Of a stretch of 64,000 nucleotides of DNA, positions 57,251-64,000 are shown piece by piece. Numbering within the stretch: the stretch's first letter is position 1; each line of letters opens with the position of its first letter. The DNA is from Clostridiales bacterium (GTDB taxonomy: Bacteria > Bacillota > Clostridia > Christensenellales > DTU072). The position numbers were made by a program, and so were the translations under genes. The stretch lies in assembly GCA_012838805.1 (NCBI GenBank), contig DUON01000010.1:1072-65071 (forward strand), in the 5' to 3' direction. The notes beneath the pieces are model-generated. The model ran no database searches. It saw nothing but the letters and a program-made list of their open reading frames with translations, and was not told where the DNA came from.

Positions 57251-58132
57251 TTATTTTGTCTTTCCTTCCTTGTATATTCCATATTTTGCGGGCTTTATGA
57301 GCTTGGGCGGAATTTTATCCTTATACCACACCCTGTTGCCCTTTTTCTTTTCTCTTATTATCATATAAGCCAAAATTCCTCCGCCTATAAGCCATGCCAC
57401 AAGAGTTATTATTCTTATGACATTTACTTCATAATAGACATTGGTATTGTATCTAAAGAATTCCATAATAAATCTTATTAAGCCATATGTGAACACATAA
57501 AGCGGCAGACTGTGCCCTCTGACAAGCAACCGTCTGGACACAAAATACATAGCAAGGAATCCCAAGAGGTTCAATACTGATTCATAAAAAAAAGTCGCCT
57601 GATGAAAAGCTCCCTGCCGTGCGATATATACCGCCATGGGAAAAAACTGCAAGGATTCATTTGTTATGGGCATGCCATAAATTTCTTGGTTGAAAAAGTT
57701 TCCCCACCTGCCTATTGACTGGCACAATAAAACAATACATAGCACGGCGTCGCCAAGCCTTAAAATATCGACTTTCCGCCACCTGCACCAAATATAAGCG
57801 CCAAGAACACCCCCGGGAACACCCGTCAAAATAGTCAGTCCGCCGTCCCATATCGCAAATATCTGGATAAAATCGTTGAAATCAAATCCCTTGACAAAGA
57901 AGTCCGAAGCATGGGCGAACACAAAACCCAGTCTTGCGAATAAGACGGCAAAAGGTATGGCGAACAAGAACATCTCCAGAATGTCGTCGGAATTTAGTTT
58001 TATTTTCTTAGCCAATTGAATTGCGCCCAAAAGCCCCACTATCATGGAAAAAGTGACTATTATGCCGTACCACGCCACATCCCTACCAAAGATAGTAAAA
58101 GCGATGGGCTCTATTTTCCCCGTCCAATGCAT
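57251..58132 (-). CDS. lgt: prolipoprotein diacylglyceryl transferase
   Basis: Has the GRWGNFFNQEIYG signature in a polytopic protein. Confidence 0.9.
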   Translation of the reverse strand: MHWTGKIEPIAFTIFGRDVAWYGIIVTFSMIVGLLGAIQLAKKIKLNSDDILEMFLFAIPFAVLFARLGFVFAHASDFFVKGFDFNDFIQIFAIWDGGLTILTGVPGGVLGAYIWCRWRKVDILRLGDAVLCIVLLCQSIGRWGNFFNQEIYGMPITNESLQFFPMAVYIARQGAFHQATFFYESVLNLLGFLAMYFVSRRLLVRGHSLPLYVFTYGLIRFIMEFFRYNTNVYYEVNVIRIITLVAWLIGGGILAYMIIREKKKGNRVWYKDKIPPKLIKPAKYGIYKEGKTK

Positions 58133-58136
58133 GTTG

Positions 58137-59387
58137 TTATACCTCCACTCTTGTCACGCCCGCTTGGCGCATTCTGAGAACAAAAATTTTCTCCTTGTCA
58201 AAATAATTATTCATATACTTAGAAAAGTCCTCGACCATATCTTTTCCCACAAATACAAGTATGGTGCCCGCAAAGCCTCCGCCATGCACCCGCAAAGCCT
58301 TGACTTTTTCAAATCTCTGTGCCATTTTCAGAGCATAGGGTATATTCTGTTCGGCGTCGCCTTTTATAAAGCAGTTTTGAAGCTGTTCATAGCTTGATGC
58401 CCCAGACGAATTTATTATATCCACAAAGACCTTTTCATCCCTATTGTTTATTGCCAAAAAAGCGTCCCTTACTCTATTGTTTTCTTCAAAAAAGTGCTTG
58501 GCTCTCAAGACAGCTCTCCCGCCGCAGCTTTTCTTTATCTCATTTATATTTTCATAAAATTGGACTTCCGAAGTCTGCCTTAAGGTTGAGCCGCCCAAAG
58601 CTTTGGCAACGCTTTTCATATCTTGTTTTATTTCAGCGTATTCTTGGGTAAGTCCGCTGTGGTCGCCTCCGCAATTTATTATCATCGCCGCCAAGTCCTC
58701 AAACGGCCAGACTATCTTATCCACTTCGGGGATATCTTCTTTGAAATCCATATAGTTGACTCCGCCCGAAGATATTGTCAGCTGGTCCATAAGCCCCGAA
58801 GGCTTACCGAAATAATGGTTTTCGGCGTATTGCGATATGATAGCTTTTGTAATAAAGTCCATTCTGCCTTGGTTATAAAAAACATTGAGAATCTCGCAGA
58901 TTAAAAGCTCAAAAGCCGCCGAAGAGCTGACTCCCGCACCTTTGAAGATATTGGAATGGGTATTGGCGACAAAACCGCCAATTTGGTATCCCCTCTCTAT
59001 GAAGCCTTTGAGAATGCCTCGTGCTATAGCGGAGCTTTTATTGTATTCGCTGTCTCTAACTTCCAAGTCGTCAATATCAATTTCAATGGGGGAGTAACCC
59101 AAGGAATTTATGATTACTTTTTTTGAAACAGGCGTCTTTTGCGCCGCCGCAACGGTATCAAGGTCTATGGTTGTGGCAAGCACCAATCCGTTGTTGTGGT
59201 CGGTATGGTTTCCCACTAGCTCAGCTCTGCCGGGAGAGGAGAAAAAAGTAATCTCGCCCCCAAGACCCTTTGTCAGGTCGGAGTATCTTTCAGCCACTTC
59301 AGATAGCGGCACAGAATAGGCGTTTTCCGCCCATTTTTTGAAAAAATCGTTCTTTTCAAGTTCATTTGCGGATAAAGTTCTTGTCAT
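58137..59387 (-). CDS. galK: galactokinase
   Basis: Has the GRAELVGNHTDHNNG galactokinase signature and the GHMP motif GAGVSSSAA. Confidence 0.9.
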   Translation of the reverse strand: MTRTLSANELEKNDFFKKWAENAYSVPLSEVAERYSDLTKGLGGEITFFSSPGRAELVGNHTDHNNGLVLATTIDLDTVAAAQKTPVSKKVIINSLGYSPIEIDIDDLEVRDSEYNKSSAIARGILKGFIERGYQIGGFVANTHSNIFKGAGVSSSAAFELLICEILNVFYNQGRMDFITKAIISQYAENHYFGKPSGLMDQLTISSGGVNYMDFKEDIPEVDKIVWPFEDLAAMIINCGGDHSGLTQEYAEIKQDMKSVAKALGGSTLRQTSEVQFYENINEIKKSCGGRAVLRAKHFFEENNRVRDAFLAINNRDEKVFVDIINSSGASSYEQLQNCFIKGDAEQNIPYALKMAQRFEKVKALRVHGGGFAGTILVFVGKDMVEDFSKYMNNYFDKEKIFVLRMRQAGVTRVEV

Positions 59388-59473
59388 AATCTTTCCTTTA
59401 GGGTATAATGGCTATGGTTTTATTTTAATATAATAACATGAAATAATTAACATATCAAGAATATGAGGAAAGT

Positions 59474-60979
59474 ATGGAAATTAATAAATTAATAGAAAAC
59501 CTTATCTTTTATGCAAAGGACGAATTGGGCTTGGGCGAAGAAGACAGTATCTATGCCAAAAACAGCCTATATTATCTTTTCAAAAGTGCGCCAACCTATG
59601 AATTGGCTGACAAGGTCGAGCTTCAGTCAGAAATCCTAATCCCCATGGTTGAATATGCGATAAAGAAAAATATCATTGCCCCCGAAGAGGCGTTGAACTT
59701 TGAAACAACAATCATGGGTATAGTCACTCCCTCTCCCAATTTGGTAATAAACCGTTTTAATGAGCTTCAAATATCCCACAACAGCAAAAAAGCCACTGAG
59801 TATCTATATGAACTTTCCATAAAGAGCAACTATATCAGATTATTAGACATCAAGAAAAACATAAGGTGGATTACACGCGGACCAAACGGCGATATAGGCA
59901 TTACTATCAATCTTGCCAAGCCCGAAAAAGACCCCAAACAAATTCAAAAAGAAAGCGTATCATCAAATGAAAGATATCCCAAATGCCCTCTTTGCTTGGA
60001 GAATTTGGGGTTTTGGGGAGACGGTAAGACTCCCGCAAGACACACCTTAAGATATGTTCCCATCACCTTGAACGGAGAAAAATGGCATTTGCAGTATTCG
60101 CCATATGTGTACTATGACGAACACTGTATAGCCTTATCTGACAGACATATCCCCATGAAAATTGATGAAAACGCTTTTGCAAGGCTGCTGGACTTTGTCA
60201 GTCAATTCCCGCATTATTTCATAGGCTCCAACGCCGACCTTCCCATAGTCGGGGGCTCTATTCTCTCACACGACCATTATCAAGGCGGCAAAAAGGTGCT
60301 GCCCATGTTCAGCAGACCTTTGAGAAAAAAATATAACTTCAGGCGCAATGCAACGATAGGCATAAGAGACTGGTATAACAGCGTCATTCATATAGCCGCA
60401 AAAAACAAATTCGAAGTATTGCAAATAGCCGAAAGAGTGCTGAAGAAATGGCAAAATTTTTCTGACGAGGAGATAGGGATATTATCTTATACCGATCAGC
60501 CCCACAATACCATAACGCCCATAGCTTCCATAAACAGTCATGACGAATATTGTTTAGACTTGATACTGCGAAACAACCGAACGGACAACGAACACCCCTA
60601 CGGCATATATCATCCCACCGAGGACTTACACAATATCAAAAAAGAGGGAATTGGGCTTATTGAAGCAATGGGCTTGTTTATTCTTCCCGGTCGCTTAAAG
60701 AAAGAAATCGCCCTTATGATTGAGCTCTTTACCAATCAAAGCATTGATTTTAAGAAACTAAACGAGGATGAACATCTTTCAAAGCATTTGGCAATGGTAG
60801 CCCAAATAGCCAACAACGAAGGGCTGGGACTGGACAAAAAAACCGCGCGGGACGCCATATTCTCTTATATAAACTCCGCTTGCATAAGAATTTTGGAATG
60901 CACCGCAGTCTTTAAGAACAACACCAAAGGTATGGCGGCGTTTGACCGATTTATGAAAATCGTGCAAGACAGCCTGTAA
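59474..60979 (+). CDS. galT: UDP-glucose--hexose-1-phosphate uridylyltransferase (type 2 GalT)
   Basis: About 500 aa, the Firmicutes-type GalT. It is divergent from galK. Confidence 0.9.
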   Translation: MEINKLIENLIFYAKDELGLGEEDSIYAKNSLYYLFKSAPTYELADKVELQSEILIPMVEYAIKKNIIAPEEALNFETTIMGIVTPSPNLVINRFNELQISHNSKKATEYLYELSIKSNYIRLLDIKKNIRWITRGPNGDIGITINLAKPEKDPKQIQKESVSSNERYPKCPLCLENLGFWGDGKTPARHTLRYVPITLNGEKWHLQYSPYVYYDEHCIALSDRHIPMKIDENAFARLLDFVSQFPHYFIGSNADLPIVGGSILSHDHYQGGKKVLPMFSRPLRKKYNFRRNATIGIRDWYNSVIHIAAKNKFEVLQIAERVLKKWQNFSDEEIGILSYTDQPHNTITPIASINSHDEYCLDLILRNNRTDNEHPYGIYHPTEDLHNIKKEGIGLIEAMGLFILPGRLKKEIALMIELFTNQSIDFKKLNEDEHLSKHLAMVAQIANNEGLGLDKKTARDAIFSYINSACIRILECTAVFKNNTKGMAAFDRFMKIVQDSL

Positions 60980-60984
60980 ATTGA

Positions 60985-61008
60985 AAAGCCGCATGAAACG
61001 GCTTTTTT
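60985..61008 (+). terminator. rho-independent terminator after galT
   Basis: AAAGCCG-CATGAAA-CGGCTTT followed by a T-run. Confidence 0.75.
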
Positions 61009-61069
61009 ATATTATCTGTAATCAAGCCGTTATTGACCTTAAGGTGAATAAATAGTATAATAAATTTAT

Positions 61070-61888
61070 ATGAAAGACATTGTAACAAAACGGATATACG
61101 CCAAAATCAATCTCTGCCTTGCCATAAAAGGTATATGCGAAGATATGCATATTATCGACACGGTTGTGACCAACATAGGGGTTTTTGACGAAATAACAGT
61201 AAAGAAAAGAAACGATGACCAAATTCTCATAAGCTATGATAACCTAAAAGAAAGGATAGAAAACGATACAGCGGAAAAAGCCGCCAAACTCTTACAACAA
61301 GAGTATTCGCTCAAGGGAGCGGACATAACCATAAAGAAAAACATCCCCTTTTCCGCCGGTCTGGGCGGCTCTTCAGCCGACAGCGCGGGAGTGGCGAAGT
61401 GCATGGAAGAGCTTTATGGTCTTAGGCTGAAAAAAGAAATCCTCCTAAAAATGGGAAGCGATGTACCTTATATGTATCAAGGAGGAATGAAGAGGATAAG
61501 GGGACTGGGAGAAACCATACATGAGGTCAGCCTGCCTCCCCTCAAATACGCCGTATTAGTGTGTCCGGGGGGAATGAATACAAAAGAGGCATATGAATTA
61601 TATGACAAAATCGGCGGAGATAATCCCGATGTGGATGAATTTCTTGAGAATATAAACAGCGGTCGCCCTTATATACTATATAATGCTTTGCAAAAAGCCG
61701 CAATAAGGCTGAATCCAAATATAAAAACCGGACTTAAGATGCTGAAACAAAGCGGATTTTCGTCTGTCGTAATGACAGGAAGCGGAAGTGCCGTTATCGG
61801 GGTTGAGCAAGATGAAAAGAAATTTTTGGAAAATGCCGAAATGCTAAAGAGAATAATAAACAACGACTATAAATTATTACTGACATAA
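61070..61888 (+). CDS. ispE: 4-(cytidine 5'-diphospho)-2-C-methyl-D-erythritol kinase
   Basis: Has AKINLCLAIKG and the GHMP motif PFSAGLGGSSADSAG. Confidence 0.9.
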   Translation: MKDIVTKRIYAKINLCLAIKGICEDMHIIDTVVTNIGVFDEITVKKRNDDQILISYDNLKERIENDTAEKAAKLLQQEYSLKGADITIKKNIPFSAGLGGSSADSAGVAKCMEELYGLRLKKEILLKMGSDVPYMYQGGMKRIRGLGETIHEVSLPPLKYAVLVCPGGMNTKEAYELYDKIGGDNPDVDEFLENINSGRPYILYNALQKAAIRLNPNIKTGLKMLKQSGFSSVVMTGSGSAVIGVEQDEKKFLENAEMLKRIINNDYKLLLT

Positions 61889-61898
61889 AGGGAAAAAA

Positions 61899-63803
61899 AT
61901 GGCGAGAAATACTTATGACTATCCGGTATATCTTTTCAACGAAGGTACAAATTATGCCGCATATAAATTCTTTAAACCCAGCTATGTAGTAAAAGACTCC
62001 AAGAAAGTCTGGAGGTTTAGGGTATGGGCGCCCAATGCCCGTTCGGTCTCAGTGGTAGGGAACTTTAATGACTGGGACCCTGAAAAAAATAAAATGACGC
62101 CTTTGGGAAATTCAGGCATATGGGAAACGCATATAAGAGGGCTTAAGAAATACGACATCTATAAATTTTCTATCCAATGCCCGAACGGTGAAATTAAACT
62201 AAAAGCCGACCCTTTCGCCCTGCATACGGAGACGCCGCCTCATACAGCGTCCAAGATTTATGACATAATGGGCTTCAAATGGACGGATAAAAAATATTTA
62301 GAAAAGCGCAAAAAGAAAAACCACTATCAAAGCCCTATGAATATCTATGAAGTGCATTTGGGCTCATGGAAGAAATATAGGGATAATAACTTCTTTTCAT
62401 ATAGAAAAATGGCGGATGAACTCATACCATATGTCGTAGAAATGGGATACACCCATATAGAGCTGCTCCCCATAACAGAACATCCCTATGACGGCTCTTG
62501 GGGATACCAAACTACTGGTTTATATGCCCCAACTTCAAGGTTTGGCACTCCGCATGACTTTATGTACTTTATAAACAAATGCCATGAAAACAACATAGGG
62601 GTGATTATGGACTTTGTTCTTTCGCACTTTCCAAAAGACGAATTCGGGCTTATCGAATTTGACGGAACTTGCCTTTTTGAATACTCCGACCCTTTTAAGC
62701 AAGAACACAAGGGCTGGGGCACAAGGGTATTCGACTATGGAAAAAATCAAGTGAGAAGCTTTTTGATATCTGCGGTTATGCTTTGGCTGGAGTACTACCA
62801 CATCGACGGAATGAGGCTGGACGCTGTGGCGTCTATGCTCTATCTTGACTATGACAGAAAACAAGGCGAATGGATGCCCAACGAGCTGGGCTCAAATCAC
62901 AATCTTGAAGCTATCTCTTTCTTGAAAGCACTCACCAAAGCCGTATTATCCAAATATCCCGACATCATCATGATAGCCGAAGAATCCACGGCTTTTCCCA
63001 TGGTCACCATGCCCCCCGACTGTGGAGGCTTAGGCTTCAACTACAAATGGAACATGGGCTGGATGAACGACACTCTTGACTATATGAAAACCGACCCGTT
63101 CTTTAGAAAAGACCGTCACAATATGCTTACTTTTTCTATAACTTACGCTTTCACTGAGAATTTTATCCTGCCCTTTTCACATGACGAAGTAGTTCATGGA
63201 AAAGCTTCCATGATATCCAAAATGCCGGGAAGCTATATGGAAAAATTCGACAGCTTAAAGACCTTATACGCCTACCAAATTGCCCACCCCGGCAAAAAGC
63301 TCAATTTTATGGGAAATGAATTTGGTCAGTTTATCGAGTGGGACCACACCAAACCGCTGGACTGGATGCTCTTGGACTATGACTCCCACAAGTGCCTTCA
63401 TAGGTATGTAAGAGATTTGAACCAATTATACTTGGAAAACAAACCTTTATACGAATTGGACGGCACTTATGACGGCTTTAAGTGGACGGTTGTGGACGAC
63501 AACACCCAGAACATCTTGGCTTTCACAAGGTATGACAAAGAGGGCAACGGTATCATAGCGGTACTTAATTTTTCAAAAGTAAAGAGAGAGAACTATGAAA
63601 TAGGCGTGGAGCACAGCGGGACATACCAAGTCATTATGAATTCCGCCCACACCAAATACGGCGGCGAGGTTGAGGACTTACCTGCTATAAGCACCATTGA
63701 GAAAGCCAACCATAACCAAAGATATTCTCTTGTCTTAAACATACCCGGTAATTCGGCATTGTATATAAAAAAAATAAAGGAGAACAGAGTAGATGCTAAG
63801 TAG
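61899..63803 (+). CDS. glgB: 1,4-alpha-glucan branching enzyme
   Basis: 634 aa with a GH13 catalytic core (…[15 protein letters not shown]…, …IAEEST…, …SHDEVVHGK…). Confidence 0.95.
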   Translation: MARNTYDYPVYLFNEGTNYAAYKFFKPSYVVKDSKKVWRFRVWAPNARSVSVVGNFNDWDPEKNKMTPLGNSGIWETHIRGLKKYDIYKFSIQCPNGEIKLKADPFALHTETPPHTASKIYDIMGFKWTDKKYLEKRKKKNHYQSPMNIYEVHLGSWKKYRDNNFFSYRKMADELIPYVVEMGYTHIELLPITEHPYDGSWGYQTTGLYAPTSRFGTPHDFMYFINKCHENNIGVIMDFVLSHFPKDEFGLIEFDGTCLFEYSDPFKQEHKGWGTRVFDYGKNQVRSFLISAVMLWLEYYHIDGMRLDAVASMLYLDYDRKQGEWMPNELGSNHNLEAISFLKALTKAVLSKYPDIIMIAEESTAFPMVTMPPDCGGLGFNYKWNMGWMNDTLDYMKTDPFFRKDRHNMLTFSITYAFTENFILPFSHDEVVHGKASMISKMPGSYMEKFDSLKTLYAYQIAHPGKKLNFMGNEFGQFIEWDHTKPLDWMLLDYDSHKCLHRYVRDLNQLYLENKPLYELDGTYDGFKWTVVDDNTQNILAFTRYDKEGNGIIAVLNFSKVKRENYEIGVEHSGTYQVIMNSAHTKYGGEVEDLPAISTIEKANHNQRYSLVLNIPGNSALYIKKIKENRVDAK

Positions 63804-64000
63804 AAAAGAATGTATTGCCATGCTGCTTGCGGGCGGTCAAGGTACGAGGCTTGGCGTATTGACCCAAGATGTAGCCAAACCTGCGGTGCCTTTTGGGGGG
63901 AAATACAAAATCATTGACTTCCCCTTGTCCAATACGGTGAACTCAGGCATAAACACAATAGGAATCCTCACTCAATACCAGCCTTTTGAGCTTAACCAGT
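63793..64000 (+). CDS. glgC: glucose-1-phosphate adenylyltransferase (3' end outside the window)
   Basis: Translated by hand as [47 protein letters not shown]…, a canonical GlgC N-terminus. It overlaps the end of glgB by 11 nt. Confidence 0.9.
   Translation, partial: MLSRKECIAMLLAGGQGTRLGVLTQDVAKPAVPFGGKYKIIDFPLSNTVNSGINTIGILTQYQPFELNQ

Noticed and set aside
1-64000. I scanned for oriC (DnaA-box clusters), a dif site, IS elements, integrases, toxin-antitoxin pairs and defence systems.
   Set aside because: Only isolated TTATCCAC-like words occur, and they lie inside coding sequence. There is no box cluster and no dif-like 11-6-11 site. No ORF shows transposase, recombinase, nuclease-helicase or TA hallmarks.

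Overview
This is a 64-kb chromosomal window from a low-GC Gram-positive (Firmicutes/Clostridia-like) bacterium that reads sensibly with the standard bacterial code. It holds roughly 75 protein genes and 3 tRNAs. I saw no rRNA, no CRISPR, and no recognisable transposase, integrase or defence genes. Backbone content: an acyl-CoA thioesterase plus type III glutamine synthetase; a glucuronide/hexuronate utilisation operon on the minus strand at 7.0-13.9 kb (GPH symporter, uxuA, uxuB-like SDR, GH2 glucuronidase, uxaC); the complete colinear S10-spc-alpha ribosomal cluster on the minus strand from 39.5 down to 23.5 kb (rpsJ to rplQ, including secY, adk, map, infA, rpoA); hom-coaX; zupT; a MATE pump; a P1B metal ATPase operon; galK-lgt-pncB opposite galT; ispE; glgB-glgC. 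The non-standard signals, in my order of interest: (1) a ~470-bp array of about 15 tandem palindromic ~33-bp units filling the gap between two convergent genes at 5.77-6.24 kb; (2) a 78-aa, 31 percent cysteine CCKP-repeat protein at 40.58 kb; (3) lineage-specific expansions in ribosomal proteins, especially L24 with a ~120-aa Lys/Glu/Ala/Pro tail; (4) a decaying accessory patch beside tRNA-Val at 48.1-51.0 kb, with a 40-bp duplication of the tRNA 3' end, a lipoprotein-like gene broken at a T7 tract, and a GH94-like remnant; (5) a P1B-4-like ATPase with CPG in place of the usual SPC motif, flanked by an HMA protein and a RIC/hemerythrin-like mini-protein. All functional calls come from motif recognition by eye on the supplied translations. 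No database search, folding or alignment program was run, so family assignments and coordinates of small features are hypotheses.
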